A DNA stretch of 64,000 nucleotides, from positions 85,012 through 149,011 of the forward strand of contig CM060736.1 in NCBI GenBank assembly GCA_030704615.1, in the 5' to 3' direction. The translations under genes were made by a program, and so were the position numbers. The notes under the pieces are model-generated. The model searched no databases. It was given only the letters and a program-made list of their open reading frames with translations, and was not told the DNA's origin. How positions within the stretch are numbered: position 1 is the first letter of the stretch; every line of letters begins with the position of its first letter. Positions 1 to 12,800 of the stretch are shown here, piece after piece. The DNA comes from Takakia lepidozioides (taxonomy: Eukaryota > Plantae > Bryophyta).

Positions 1-106
1 CTGCCTCTTACACTCCAGAAGCGATTCACAGGAAATTGAAACAGCAATTCCCCGAAGGGGATCAATAAATTTAATCAAATTGGAACAAAAAGAGAAAAAT
101 TTTTAA
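1..106 (+). CDS. rpoC2: Probable 3' end of RNA polymerase beta'' subunit (partial)
   Basis: Open frame from 2 to TAA at 104-106, just upstream of rps2 where rpoC2 ends in plastomes; the tail itself is not recognisable. Confidence 0.5.
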   Translation, partial: CLLHSRSDSQEIETAIPRRGSINLIKLEQKEKNF

Positions 107-203
107 TCTTTACGGGAATATAATATCGAAAATGTAATAAATTCAGTCTAGATATAAATATATATTAGAGTTTCTGAATCTTTCGAAGAAATACTAGAAG
201 AAA

Positions 204-914
204 ATGAAACAGAAATCTTGGAACATTCATTCGGAAGAAATGATGGAAGCGGGAGTACATTTCGGTCATCAGGCTCGGAAATGGAATCCTAAAATGGCCT
301 CTTATATTTCTACGGAACGTAAAGGTATTCATATTATAAATCCTACTCAAACAGCTCGTTTTTCATCAGAAGCCTGTGACTCAGTGGCCAATGCGGCAAG
401 TAAAGGGAAACAATTCTCGATAGTAGGTACGGAATATCAAGCAGCTGATTTAGTAGCATCAGCCGCTACAAAGGCTAGGTGTCATTACGTGAATCGAAAA
501 TGGCTTGGTGGTATGTCAACTAATCGGTCTACCACAGAGACACGTCTTCAAAGATTTAAAGATTTGGAAAACAAAGAAGATACCGGAGTACTTAATCGAC
601 TTCCCAAGAAAGAAGCGGCGAATTTAAAGAGACAATTAGCTCAACTCCAAAAATATTTGGGCGGAATTAAATATATGACAAGTTTACCTGATATTGTAAC
701 AATAGTAGATCAACAAAAAGAATCTACTGCTATTCAAGAATGTATAACTTTAGGTATTCCGACGATTTGCTTAGTTGATACGGATTGTGATCCAGATCTT
801 GCAGATATACCAATTCCAGCCAATGATGACGCTAGAGCTTCCATTCGATGGATCTTGGATAAATTAACGTTAGCCATTCGTGAAGGCCGTTATAATTCGA
901 TAAAAATGGAATAG
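204..914 (+). CDS. rps2: 30S ribosomal protein S2
   Basis: AGVHFGHQ...WNPKM and IPANDDA motifs; S/P in place of conserved L/F. Confidence 0.98.
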   Translation: MKQKSWNIHSEEMMEAGVHFGHQARKWNPKMASYISTERKGIHIINPTQTARFSSEACDSVANAASKGKQFSIVGTEYQAADLVASAATKARCHYVNRKWLGGMSTNRSTTETRLQRFKDLENKEDTGVLNRLPKKEAANLKRQLAQLQKYLGGIKYMTSLPDIVTIVDQQKESTAIQECITLGIPTICLVDTDCDPDLADIPIPANDDARASIRWILDKLTLAIREGRYNSIKME

Positions 915-1131
915 TTTTTTTGTGAAAAACCAGAAAATTATTCATTTCATTACTATTTTAAAACTTAAAAATATATTACAATACAAATAAAAAATAAATA
1001 TTTTTATTTATTGTAATAGATATTTTACAAATTAATAACAAAAAATATTTATGAGAATAAAATATTTAAAGAAATTTTCATTTTTGTAGAAATCTTTTCT
1101 TATTTCACAGTTAATCTTCAGAAGGGGTAAT

Positions 1132-1878
1132 ATGCATACTGCAAAATTTCCCATTGGCACACTCAATAATTTATACGAAATATCTGGTGTGGAAGTAGGT
1201 CAACACTTCTATTGGCAAATAGGCAGTTTTCAGGTTCATGCACAAGTACTTATAACTCCCCGGATTGTTATTGCTATCTCACCAGGTTTAGCTATTCTAG
1301 CAACTCGAGATTTACAAACTATCCCAACTAGTGGTCAAAATTTTGTCGAATACGTTCCGGAATTTATTCGAGACTTGACTAGAACTCAAATTGGGGAAGA
1401 AGAATACCGCCCCTGGGTTCCCTCTATTGGAACTATGTTTTTATCTATTTCCGTTCCGAATCGGTCAGGTGCTCCGCCTCCTCGGAGAGTTCCCGAATCA
1501 CCTCACGGAGAATCAGCTGCACCTACGAACGATATTAATACTACTGTTGCTTCAGCTTTGCCTACACCAGTAGCATATTCTCATGCAGGCCCTCACAAAA
1601 AAGGCTTAAATTATTTCGGTAAATACGTCCAACCAACTCCGGTACTTCCACCAATTAATATTCTGGAAGATTCTACAAAACCATTATCGCTTAGCTTTCG
1701 ACCTTTTGGAAATATATTGGCTGATGAATTAGTAGTTGCTGTTCCTATTTCTTCAGTACCTCCAGTAGTTCCTATACCTATGATGTTTCCAGGATCATTT
1801 ACAAGTGCTATTCAAGCTTTGATATTTGCAACTTTAGCTGCAGCTCATACAGGGGAATCCATGGAAGGTCATCATTAG
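1132..1878 (+). CDS. atpI: ATP synthase CF0 subunit IV (a)
   Basis: [24 protein letters not shown]-terminal ESMEGHH; heavily editing-dependent. Confidence 0.98.
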   Translation: MHTAKFPIGTLNNLYEISGVEVGQHFYWQIGSFQVHAQVLITPRIVIAISPGLAILATRDLQTIPTSGQNFVEYVPEFIRDLTRTQIGEEEYRPWVPSIGTMFLSISVPNRSGAPPPRRVPESPHGESAAPTNDINTTVASALPTPVAYSHAGPHKKGLNYFGKYVQPTPVLPPINILEDSTKPLSLSFRPFGNILADELVVAVPISSVPPVVPIPMMFPGSFTSAIQALIFATLAAAHTGESMEGHH

Positions 1879-2332
1879 ATATTTCTTTCAGTTAGACATA
1901 TATATATATATATATATCTTCTTCTAACTAATCAAATTTCTATTTCGAAATCGAAAAAGAGATTTATCAGGTATAATGATGGGAGAGGAAATATCAACGA
2001 AACAATTAGTAAACTATTAATTGGAGTTACATAACTGAACAAGATTTATAAATCGACACCGCTTGATTTATATTTTATTTCGAAATGAAAAAGATTGTTT
2101 CCCGACTATTTGGATAAAATAGACTAAAACTAACCAAATACTATCTTATATTATCTCATTGAAATAGATTCAGTTCCTTAAGTGAAACTACGAAATAATT
2201 TAAATTTTTTGTCACTTGCGTATCTTCCTTCTATTTAGTGATACTATCACTTCAATAAGAGACATTTTGAGTCATTAACTGCTTCAACTAATTCATCTTT
2301 CACCAGAGATGTCGGTAAGCAATGGAGAATAG

Positions 2333-2626
<294 letters not shown>

Positions 2627-2979
2627 TTTCCAGCGATTCGAAGGCTCCGTACTTTTCGTGATCGACAATTAGTAACCCCCTCCAAAGAAGTAGTTGACCC
2701 AATTCTTTTTTGGGGGAGGGGGCTAGGTATAACGAACAAAAAACATACTCTCTTCCTATCGCTCAGTAAGAAAGTAAGAAATCTTTGTAACTTTTTCGTT
2801 TCTGTTGCGGAGAGGGGAGCAAGTAAGGTACCTTCCCAATTGTATGTATCGCTAAAGAGATTTGATCTGAAACTAGATAAAGTAGTCTTTGTCTAAAACC
2901 AGAAAATCGAGTGAGATTTAGTAAGAAGAAAACTATGTAACTCCATAAAACTTAGAAAACCTGTGATGGGAGAGGGAGT

Positions 2980-4213
2980 ATGAAAGATGTGATCGATTTT
3001 GTTATTTCTTCAGGTTATCGGCCTCTTGCTGGAAATTTCGGCTCAAATACAAACCTTTTAGAAACAAATTCAATTAATTTAGGCGTAGTGCTTAGCTTAT
3101 TAGTTTACTTTGGAAAGGGAGTGTGTGCGGGTCGGATATCTGAATAGAATTGCTGGAATAACCCAGCTGCACTTTGAATGAGAAGAAAGTGTATAATCCC
3201 AACGAATTACTTCTAAATAAAATAAACTATTTTGAACAACTATAGCATTTCGTGAAATCAGCAAAAAATTATTAGTTTCTTACTAACTGATTAGGGGATA
3301 TTACGGAAATGGTTAAAGCTAAACTGCTTGAAGTCTAAGCACCTCCGGGGTTTTCTTTCCCCCACCGTGTCCATATTCAACATATAAAGAAACACATTTG
3401 GAGATTTTTTTGATATATAACACTCATATCAATACGATTCTTTGATTTATTCATCAGATAATTTATCATAATCTCCTATCAACAATCGGTTCTGTTTTTC
3501 TGTGCTGAATTGACAACCTATTCGAAATATGAAATTATTCAGAAGAAACGACCTGGCTGACAATTGAAAATTTCAAGTGACTTTTGTCAGAAGAGCCCTC
3601 GAAGATCTTCGAATGGGAAAAGGGTTCAGAAGAATTTCCCGCAATGATGGAAGATTTTTTGGAAGGGCAGGCTCGGTTGAGAAAGAATCGTTTTCCATCT
3701 CTCATGAACCGAGCGGGAAAGCCGGATGAATTGAAAGGTCCATGTTCGGTTTGGGAAGAGGTTTCTAATCTTTGAAAATCCTAGAGAAATAATCTACCTT
3801 CATTAAGCAATTTATCGAATAATCGTAAACAGACCATTTTAAGTACGATTCGCGATGCAGAGGAACGATATAAAGAAGCTACTGATAAGCTTGAACAAGC
3901 TCGGACTCGCTTGCAACAGGCAAAATTCAAGGCAGACGAAATTCGGGTGAATGGACTCTCTCAAATGGAAAGGGAAAAACAAGAATTAATTCATGCTGCT
4001 GATGAAGATTCAAAACGATTAGAAGACTCTAAAAATGCTACTATTCGCTTTGAGGAGCAAAGAGCGATTGAACAGGTTCGACAACAAGTTTCTCGCCTTG
4101 CATTGGAAAGAGCTCTGGAAGCTCCAAACAGTCGTTTGAATAGCGAATTGCACTCACGCATGATTGATTATCACATTGGCCCACTCAGAGCCATGGAAAG
4201 CACAACTGACTAG
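2980..4213 (+). CDS. atpF: ATP synthase CF0 subunit I (b); exons 2980-3124 and 3804-4213
   Basis: Exon 1 ends FGKGV(L), intron starts GTGCG and ends CAT; spliced length 555 nt = 184 aa. Confidence 0.96.
3125..3803 (+). other. Group II intron of atpF
   Basis: GTGCG 5' end, domain V near 3719-3752, AY 3' end. Confidence 0.93.
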
Positions 4214-4256
4214 CTTTCATTAGTTTTATTTCTCAGAAAATTATTAACGAACGCTA

Positions 4257-5780
4257 ATGGTAAACATTCGACCCGACGAAATTAGCAGTATTATCCGTAA
4301 ACAAATCGAACGACACAATCAAGAAGTAAAGGTTGTTAATATTGGCACCGTACCTCAGGTAGGGGATGGCATTGCGCGTATTTATGGTCCCGATAAAGTA
4401 ATGGCAGGTGAACTGGTTGAATCTGAAGATGGTACGATAGGCATTGCTCCGAATCCAGAATCAGATAATGTTGGAGCTGTATCGATGGGTGATGGCTTGA
4501 CTATACAAGAAGGTGGTTCTGTGAAAGCAACGGGGAAAATTGCCCAGATACCAGTAAGTGATGCTTATCCAGGTCGTGTCGTAAATGCCCCAGCTCAACC
4601 CATTGATGGCAAAGGTCAGATTTCAGCTTCGGAATTCAGATTGATCGAATCTCCAGCTCCCGGTATTATTTCCAGACGTTCCGTATATGAACCTATGCAA
4701 ACAGGGCTTATTGCTACTGACCCTACGATTCCTATCGGACGTGGTCAACGAGAATCAATTATTGGGGATCGACAGACTGGCAAAACAGCAGTAGCTACAG
4801 ATACTATTTTGAATCAGAAGGGTCAAAATGTAATATGCGTTTATGTAGCTATCGGTCAAAAAGCATCTTCCGTAGCTCAGGTAGTGAATACTTCTGAAGA
4901 GCGCGGTGCATTGGAATACACAATTGTGGTAGCCGAAACTGCAAATTCTCCTGCTACATTGCAGTATCTCGCTCCCTACACAGGAGCCGCTTCGGCAGAA
5001 TACTCTATGTATCGTAAACAGCATACTCCAATTATCTACGATGACCTTCCCAAACAAGCACAGGCTTATCGACAAATGTCTCTTCCATCGAGAAGACCAC
5101 CTGGTCGAGAAGCGTATCCAGGCGATGTTTCTTATTCGCATTCCCGTCTTTTGGAAAGAGCTGCTAAATCAAGCTCTCAATTAGGTGAGGGAAGTATGAC
5201 TGCTTTGCCCATAGTTGAGACTCAAGCGGGAGATGTCTCAGCTTATATTCCCACCAATGTTATTCCCACTACTGATGGACAAATTTTTTCATCAGCGGAT
5301 TTGTTCAATGCAGGAATTCGCCCTGCAATTAATGTGGGTATTTCCGTATCTAGAGCAGGATCTGCGGCTCAAATCAAAGCTATGAAACAAGTAGCTGGAA
5401 AATTAAAATTAGAACTAGCTCAATTTGCGGAGTTGGAAGCCTTTGCACAATTCGCATCTGATCTCGATAAAGCTACTCAGAATCAATTGGCGAGAGGCCA
5501 GCGATTACGCGAACTACTCAAGCAATCTCAATCAGCCCCTCTGACGGTAGAGGAACAAGTAGCTACTACTTATACTGGAGTAAACGGATATTTAGATGTA
5601 TCGGAAACTGGCCAAGTTAAAAAATTTCTCGTTCAACTACGTGAATATTTGATAACTAATAAACCTCAGTTTACAGAAATTATACGTTCCACTAAGATTT
5701 TTACAGAACAGGCAGAAATTATTCCGAAAGAAGCTATTAAGGAACATACTGAACTTTTTCTACTTCAGGAAGGGAAATAG
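4257..5780 (+). CDS. atpA: ATP synthase CF1 alpha
   Basis: GDRQTGKT Walker [12 protein letters not shown]. Confidence 0.99.
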   Translation: MVNIRPDEISSIIRKQIERHNQEVKVVNIGTVPQVGDGIARIYGPDKVMAGELVESEDGTIGIAPNPESDNVGAVSMGDGLTIQEGGSVKATGKIAQIPVSDAYPGRVVNAPAQPIDGKGQISASEFRLIESPAPGIISRRSVYEPMQTGLIATDPTIPIGRGQRESIIGDRQTGKTAVATDTILNQKGQNVICVYVAIGQKASSVAQVVNTSEERGALEYTIVVAETANSPATLQYLAPYTGAASAEYSMYRKQHTPIIYDDLPKQAQAYRQMSLPSRRPPGREAYPGDVSYSHSRLLERAAKSSSQLGEGSMTALPIVETQAGDVSAYIPTNVIPTTDGQIFSSADLFNAGIRPAINVGISVSRAGSAAQIKAMKQVAGKLKLELAQFAELEAFAQFASDLDKATQNQLARGQRLRELLKQSQSAPLTVEEQVATTYTGVNGYLDVSETGQVKKFLVQLREYLITNKPQFTEIIRSTKIFTEQAEIIPKEAIKEHTELFLLQEGK

Positions 5781-5936
5781 AGATCTGATAAATAGTTGGG
5801 ATGAGAAAAGCCGAAAGAGTGGTTTCCTACTCTTCCGGCTTCTCCCACCCTTAATAGAAGTTTCGGAACTAGAAACAGAAAGAATGAATTCAAATGAGTT
5901 TCTTGATTAAAAAGACTTTGGGTCTTTTCGAAATAT

Positions 5937-6008
5937 TACGTCCAATAGGATTCGAACCTATACCGAAGGTTTAGAAGACCTCTGTCCTATCCATTAGACG
6001 ATGGACGC
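5937..6008 (-). tRNA. trnR-UCU: tRNA-Arg(UCU)
   Basis: Cloverleaf GCGTCCA...TGGACGT with anticodon TCT. Confidence 0.96.
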
Positions 6009-6162
6009 TCCTCCATCAAGTACTATACCTCCTATATAATAAAAATTAAAAGTTCATTGGGGTAAGGTACAGTACTTCTTCAAGAGATATCCCCAAATTT
6101 CAATGAGAGATATTTGGGAAGTGTTCGTGAGGGGATGGAACGAAATTGTGGTGATGGGGGAG

Positions 6163-6958
6163 AGCGGGTAGCGGGAATCGAACCCGCATCATTAGCTTGG
6201 AAGGCTAAGGTTTATAGTCGACGTCTCTTATTACTGACGCCTCTACTTCAAAACCGAACGTGAAATTTTCTTTTCATTCGGCTCCTTTATGGAACAGAGA
6301 AACTTGAGGAAAAAAAAAAAAAAAATTATGGAATGAAATCAATAAGTTCTCGTTTCGATTTTCTATTCTTAAATATACTAAAAAAAAAATCGTCCACCAT
6401 AACACCTAAGTCAGTTCTCTCATTTCCGATAAAGACTTTTTAGATGATCCTTCTAGAAAGAAAAGAAGCAATATTTTTGTATTGGTAACAAAACAAATAT
6501 TCTTTCTAATTACTTCGTTCCTGATTTCTATTCATTTTAATCATTAGGAAAATATTTTTTACCGAGCTTCAGATGGAGATGTTGATAAACTTAGCAAACC
6601 AAATTCATCATCATTTCATGGCTAATTAACCTCAATTTATTAATACCAATTGTAAAATTTGAAGATTTAGTTACGATAAAGAAAATAATTTAGCTCTCTA
6701 TCCATAGATTTTAAGCTAATAAAAAGAAATGTAGTTTTGAAAACATTCCGCGTTGCTTTTTCATAGAATCCACAAATCCATTTCGGATCCCAATTATTAC
6801 AGGAATGAAGCTTTTCCTACGTCATTTATAGGGAAGGATTTGAGCCTTTATAGAAATGAAGTTGTCAATTCAATCTTTAAACGATTTTGAAGACCCTTCA
6901 ACTATTTACTAAGTTGATTACGGAACGAATCGCACTTTTACCACTAAACTATACCCGC
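6163..6958 (-). tRNA. trnG-UCC: tRNA-Gly(UCC) with group II intron; exons 6936-6958 and ~6163-6210
   Basis: Exon 1 GCGGGTATAGTTTAGTGGTAAAA followed by GTGCG; exon 2 has the TCC anticodon. Confidence 0.95.
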
Positions 6959-7117
6959 GACAAAATTAAAATTATTGTAGCATAAAATTGCATTTTCTGT
7001 CCAACGAAGAAATAAGAAAAACTTTCATTTCTTGAGATTCTTTCGTTTAACCCCCATCCCCGGAGATCCAATACTTGAGAAAGAAGTTATTTCACTTCCG
7101 GAGATGGTTTTTTGAAA

Positions 7118-7219
7118 TTATAAATTGCCTTTGCGAGCTGCTAATGAAGCAATTACCAACGGACCTGATGCGACTATCAAAGCCGGAACAGTAAGCTGTG
7201 CAATAACTTCTAAATTCAT
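7118..7219 (-). CDS. ycf12: Photosystem II protein Psb30 (Ycf12)
   Basis: [33 protein letters not shown], 33 aa. Confidence 0.95.
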   Translation of the reverse strand: MNLEVIAQLTVPALIVASGPLVIASLAARKGNL

Positions 7220-7509
7220 TCTGATTTAACCTCTCTGTTTTCAATTCGATTCCACAAAATAGAAAAATTAGTAAATCTTAATTTTTCTTTAAGTCGAATA
7301 ACAATCATTTCTACGAAGTGAATAGATGTTATTATCTGGTTCTGCTGAAAAAACATCTATAGCCATAAAGAATTGAGATCGGTACAATAGTAAAGAGCCT
7401 ATCCATTCAAGAAATACCATTCATTTTTGGAAAGAGCTATTAACCGATGTGAAAATGTCGGACCGACTTGTTTTTCATATTACGAATAATTAGGGGGAAA
7501 AATAAAAAA

Positions 7510-7608
7510 ATGACATCAATTTCAGACAGTCAGATTATTGTAGCTCTTGTAAGTGCTTCCGCAACTGGTATTTTAGCTTTAAGATTAGGTAAAGAATTGT
7601 ATCAATAA
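7510..7608 (+). CDS. psaM: Photosystem I subunit XII
   Basis: [32 protein letters not shown]. Confidence 0.95.
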   Translation: MTSISDSQIIVALVSASATGILALRLGKELYQ

Positions 7609-7853
7609 TTTGGCTTGTTCTTTCGTCTGCTTGCAGAAGGGGCGGCCTGGCCAGTATCTGGCTAGGCTAAAACAAAAATGTAAAACTAATTTTCATGAAA
7701 TTAATAATTAATAATACAGTTGTTTCGGTAAAACATTTCGTATTTATTTCCTATTTCTTATATAACTTTATATATGTTATATAATATCATCTTTTTTAAG
7801 GTATGGACTTTGACTCCCACGACATGTTAAAGTAGAAACAACTTTTCTAAGTT

Positions 7854-7941
7854 GGAGAGATGGCCGAGTGGATTAAAGCGGCGGATTGCTAATCCGTTGT
7901 ACAAGCCTTTTGTACCGAGGGTTCGAATCCCTCTCTCTCCT
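7854..7941 (+). tRNA. trnS-GCU: tRNA-Ser(GCU)
   Basis: GGAGAGATGGCCGAGTGG..., GCT anticodon, long variable arm. Confidence 0.96.
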
Positions 7942-8008
7942 TTCAATAATTCAAAATCCTTCCCATAAATAGAAATTCAAGTTTCTATTTTCTGACGTAT
8001 AGAAACGA

Positions 8009-8137
<129 letters not shown>

Positions 8138-8287
8138 TCATTACTAGAAGTGGAATAGAATAGATTGAATTAAGAATCTCGAAAATTGACTCATTTTTTT
8201 ACGGAGGAATAGCAAGTGGTAGATCTTTGGGAATAAGATTCGTTTTTATCTCTCTCGTCTCTCCCTTTGTCGATCGGAATGAAGTGA

Positions 8288-8380
8288 TGGAGAAGGGAGG
8301 ATTTGAACCCCCGTTAACCTGACGAATCAGGTTAAAACGATTTTCGAAACCGCCGCAATCAACCACTCTGCCATTTCTCC
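8288..8380 (-). tRNA. trnS-CGA: tRNA-Ser(CGA)
   Basis: GGAGAAATGGCAGAGTGG..., anticodon arm GCGGT-TT CGA AA-ATCGT, long variable arm, GGGGG-TTCAAAT-CCTCC T arm. Confidence 0.88.
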
Positions 8381-8992
8381 GACGAACTAGACGAAGGAAA
8401 AGTAGATTAAGTGTTTTGGCAGAGATAAAGGTTAAATTTTCAAAAAAATTTTTGGATTTTTTTAGGAACAATAAAAAAAAATTGTCTTTTTACTCGTATA
8501 AGAAAAATTGTTATAGTAATAGTAATAATAATAAATATTTCAGTAGTTTATATATATATATATACTTTTTACGTATATACCACAAAAAAATTTTACAATT
8601 ATTTGACTTTGAAACGTAAATAGGATAAAGAACTAGAAATAAAATCTATACTATATAATTAATAAAACTTCTTATTTTCCTAGAAAAAAAAAGAAAAAAT
8701 CCGAAGTGACAAAATTAAAATTCTTAAACTCTTGGTGAACGAAAAAAAACATTGATTTTTTTTTGCTCTTTTCGATCGGTTTTGTATCATACATAAGGCG
8801 GAAGTGAAAAGATATATCACCTCCGCCTTACGAGACAAGCAAGAGAGGTGATACAAAAACCTTTTAATTACTGGCGATATAACAGAAAAAGATTCAAATC
8901 TTATTGAGAGATAGAATTTGAGTTGTAATGGATCCTGAATGAGATGAATCGAAAAAGAAAAAGATCTTTTTTATAAAATAAATATCGAAGAA

Positions 8993-9169
8993 TTATCGAA
9001 AACTTACAGAAGCTTGCCGAACGGAGGCTGAGAGAGAGAAAAACAGAGGTATAATTGGCATTACATCTACAATTGGATCAGAAATAGCATAAGCTTCAGG
9101 TAATTTAGCCAGAATGATACCATTCGAATGAAACGCGTTATCTAGATAAATATTAAATATAGCTAGCAT
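8993..9169 (-). CDS. psbK: Photosystem II protein K
   Basis: ...[21 protein letters not shown]...QASVSFR*, 58 aa. Confidence 0.96.
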   Translation of the reverse strand: MLAIFNIYLDNAFHSNGIILAKLPEAYAISDPIVDVMPIIPLFFSLSASVRQASVSFR

Positions 9170-9445
9170 TTTTTTTCTCCAATAAAAATTGTTATGATTA
9201 AATGAAAAACGAAAAGAACTTCATTGATTGATGAAAGCTCTTCGGTACATCTTACTACAGGTTCTCCTAGCTTCAAAGAGGTAAGAGATTTTATTCAACA
9301 TAGTAAGTTAGATTTTATGTTGTATTGAATTTATTTTTATATTAATATTTTCTAATATCATTTGTAATGAATTTATTTCTACTTGATATAAGTAGATAGA
9401 TTGACAGAAATAGAAATATCAGGATTTACTAACATTGGAGATGTA

Positions 9446-9517
9446 TGGGGCGTGGCCAAGTGGTAAGGCACCAGGTTTTGGCTCTGTTACTCGGAGGTTC
9501 GAATCCTTCCGTCCCAG
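9446..9517 (+). tRNA. trnQ-UUG: tRNA-Gln(UUG)
   Basis: TGGGGCGTGGCCAAGTGGTAAGGC..., TTG anticodon. Confidence 0.95.
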
Positions 9518-9715
9518 ACTTGTTATTTATGATAAATCAAAGTTTTAGAAGAACAAAAAATTTTCGAAATAGATATAAAATATCTACTTATATTATTTAA
9601 TATACTATATCGAAAATTTATATTATGACAATTAGATAAATATGGCAAGGGATATTTCTATGGTGTAGAATAGAAAAAGATCATATTATTGAAATTTGTA
9701 AAGAGAATATTATTT

Positions 9716-11257
9716 ATGAAATTAGCTTATTGGATGTATGCTGGGCCCGCTCATATTGGAACTCTCCGAGTAGCTAGTTCTTTCAGGAATGTTCATGCTA
9801 TCATGCATGCTCCTCTAGGAGATGACTATTCTAATGTAATGCGTTCTATGTCAGAAAGAGAAAGGGATTTTACTCCTGTAACTGCTAGCATAGTAGATCG
9901 TCACGTATTGGCACGTGGTTCTCAAGAGAAGGTAGTTGATAATATAACTCGGAAGGATAAGGAAGAACGCCCAGATTTGATTGTATCGACACCCACATGT
10001 ACTTCTAGTATCTCACAAGAAGATTTACAAAATTTCGTGGATAGAGCATCTATTGCTTCGGATTCTGATGTAATTTTGGCAGATGTTAATCACTATCGGG
10101 TTAATGAGCTTCAAGCCGCAGATAGAACTTTAGAACAAGTGGTTCGATATTATTTGGATAAGGCTCGTAGGCAAGGAACATTGAATCAATCTGTAACAGA
10201 CGAACCTTCTGCAAATATCATTGGGATTTTTACATTAGGCTTTCATAATCAACATGATTGTCGTGAATCGAAACGTTTATTACAAGATTTAGGTATAAAA
10301 ATTAATCAAATAATTCCTGAAGGAGGTTCCGTACAAGATCTTCGAAATTTACCAAAAGCTTGGTTCAATTTAGTTCCTTATCGTGAAGTGGGCTTAATGG
10401 CAGCAACGTATCTAGAGAGAAATTTTGGAATGCCTTACGTATCTACAACACCTATGGGAATTGTAGATACAGCTGAGTGTATCCGACAGATACAGAAACA
10501 TGTTAATAAATTGGCTCCTACTCTATCGAATAGAACATTGAATTATGAACCCTATATTGATCAACAAACAAGGTTTGTTTCTCAAGCTGCTTGGTTTTCA
10601 AGATCCATCGATTGTCAAAATTTGACGGGAAAAAAAGCAGTGGTTTTTGGTGATGCGACTCACGCCGCTTCAATGACTAAAATCCTTGCTAGGGAAATGG
10701 GAATTCGTGTCAGTTGTACAGGTACTTATTGCAAACACGATGCGGAATGGTTTAAAGAACAAGTTCAAGGTTTCTGTGATGAAGTACCAATTACAGATGA
10801 TCATACTGAAGTAGGGGATATGATTGCTCGTATAGAACCATCTGCCATATTTGGTACTCAAACGGAACGTCATATTGGTAAACGTCTTGATATTCCCCGC
10901 GGAGTTATTTCTTCACCAGTTCATATCCAAAATTTTCCTCCAGGATATCGACCTTTCTTAGGCTATGAAGGTACTAATCAAATAGCAGATTTAGTTCATA
11001 ATTCATTTACTTCGGGTATGGAAGACCATCTATTAGAAATCTTTGGTGGTCATGATACTAAAGAGGTAATTACTAAATCATTATCTACAGATAAAGATCT
11101 AACTTGGAATTCTGAAAGTCAACTAGAATTAAATAAAATTCCTGGCTTTGTCAGAGGCAAGATCAAGAGGAACACTGAAAAATTTGCACGACAAAATGGC
11201 GTTACAAATATTACTGTTGAAGTGATGTATGCAGCGAAAGAAGCATTAAGTGCTTGA
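9716..11257 (+). CDS. chlB: Light-independent protochlorophyllide reductase subunit B
   Basis: [38 protein letters not shown]. Confidence 0.98.
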   Translation: MKLAYWMYAGPAHIGTLRVASSFRNVHAIMHAPLGDDYSNVMRSMSERERDFTPVTASIVDRHVLARGSQEKVVDNITRKDKEERPDLIVSTPTCTSSISQEDLQNFVDRASIASDSDVILADVNHYRVNELQAADRTLEQVVRYYLDKARRQGTLNQSVTDEPSANIIGIFTLGFHNQHDCRESKRLLQDLGIKINQIIPEGGSVQDLRNLPKAWFNLVPYREVGLMAATYLERNFGMPYVSTTPMGIVDTAECIRQIQKHVNKLAPTLSNRTLNYEPYIDQQTRFVSQAAWFSRSIDCQNLTGKKAVVFGDATHAASMTKILAREMGIRVSCTGTYCKHDAEWFKEQVQGFCDEVPITDDHTEVGDMIARIEPSAIFGTQTERHIGKRLDIPRGVISSPVHIQNFPPGYRPFLGYEGTNQIADLVHNSFTSGMEDHLLEIFGGHDTKEVITKSLSTDKDLTWNSESQLELNKIPGFVRGKIKRNTEKFARQNGVTNITVEVMYAAKEALSA

Positions 11258-11386
11258 GGAAGATGAAGAACTAGTCTTGGATTCTAAAAGATATTCATTT
11301 GATATAATAAGAGTAAATATATTTTCTATTTACTCTTATTTTAAATAAATCTTTCTTATTTCAAATCTATCCAAATTCAATTAATT

Positions 11387-12423
11387 ATGGTAAAACTTCG
11401 TTTGAAACGATATGGTAGAAAGCAACGTGTGACTCGAATATCGTGATTGGTTTAGCGGATTATAAATTCCGTCATTTACTATCCAAATTGAAATGCTCCT
11501 ATTTCAACATTCGTTCGAATTAATTTTCTATAATGAAGCTTGAAAAAGAAATGTAGGATCCTTTTATAACCTACCAATTAGGAGAGATAATCTAAGGTTA
11601 GTATATAGCAAGAAGCTATTTAAGCTTTGTCAGTCTACACGAATTCGAGGAAGGAAGAGAGAAAAGAACAACATGTAGTAACAAAATTAGTAAATAAATG
11701 AAATTCAATCAAAAAAAATAAATAAATATATTTTTTTCGAAACGAAATCGAGAAAAACTTAGAATAATCAATAATTGTTCTGATTAATGAGAGTGGACAA
11801 AAAAAATTTATGTCGCTTCAATTTTTTGTTTTCCAACCCACCAGAGTGACAACCAAACCCAATGATTCTAAAATACAATCCGAAAACAAGAAAATCCTTT
11901 TTCTTTTTTACATCTCGTTAAATCAAATAGAGATTTGAGATTTTCGTTCCACGAAAGAAAAGAATAGATGGGTAAGAGACGACTCAAGAAGTAGAATATT
12001 TAGGAATATGCCAAAGCTTGAATCCTATTGAGGCATACTCGAGTTTCGGGGGGGAAATCTTTACTAAATTTTGAAAAATTAAAGGGTTTTATTTTATTAA
12101 AAAACAAAAATATTTTCATTTTTTTTTGATTTGTCACCTGAGCCGTATGAAGAAAAAGCTTCATATACGGTTCCATGGGGGGGATACTCCGAGTTTACCT
12201 ATCCCAATAAGTAACCTATCGAATTATTGCAATTGATGTTCGCTCTCGAAGAGAGGGAAGAGCTCTTCAAGAAGTTGGTTTCTACAATCCAAGAAAAGAT
12301 CAAACTATTTCAAATGTCCCTGCAATTGTTCATTTCCCTAAGGAAGGAGCTCAACCTACAGAAACTGTTCATGATATTTCGGAAAAAGCGAAGGTTTTTG
12401 AACAAATAAAAGCTAATTTTTAG
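11387..12423 (+). CDS. rps16: 30S ribosomal protein S16; exons 11387-11426 and 12209-12423 with a group II intron
   Basis: [13 protein letters not shown](Q) then GTGTG intron; exon 2 [17 protein letters not shown]...GAQPTETV; 84 aa spliced. Confidence 0.94.
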
Positions 12424-12609
12424 GAGAATTTTACGAGTCCCGTGTTTGGTTTTGTTCAAATGTTCTTCTATTATCCATTTTTTCTCCCCCTATTATATCT
12501 CTATCTAGTCGTTTTTATTCCAATTAGAAATACTATTAGTATCACAAATATTTTTTATCTCTCCTCGGAATTCATGAGAAACAAATTAAATTTTAATAAA
12601 TAAAAAATG

Positions 12610-12675
12610 ATTCAATGAAATAATAAGCTTCCCAGATTCATCGATGAATCTGGAAAGCTTATCACTTCATTGAAT
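12610..12675. repeat. 66-bp near-perfect palindrome
   Basis: 33-bp arms centred on ATCGAT with 3 mismatches. Confidence 0.9.
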
Positions 12676-12771
12676 TATCGGAATGAAAAAAAAAATTGTT
12701 AAACTTTTTTTTTCGCCAATCGAAAGTTGAAGTCAAGAAGAAGCTTTTTTTATATTTTATATATTTCAACA

Positions 12772-12800
12772 TTGACAGGAATAAATTACTAACGTATAAT
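12772..12800 (+). promoter_or_regulatory. Sigma70-type (PEP) promoter upstream of trnK/matK
   Basis: Perfect TTGACA-17 nt-TATAAT. Confidence 0.75.

Noticed and set aside
4755-5141. Antisense and alternate-frame ORFs inside atpA, psbD, psbC, rbcL, ycf2 and petA
   Set aside because: Shadow frames of real genes; C-rich pre-edited codons lower stop frequency
8199-8471. Short ORFs overlapping tRNAs (also 17123-17344, 27017-27322, 34801-35001, 35666-35887, 44206-44487, 57564-57770)
   Set aside because: Chance frames through GC-rich tRNA genes
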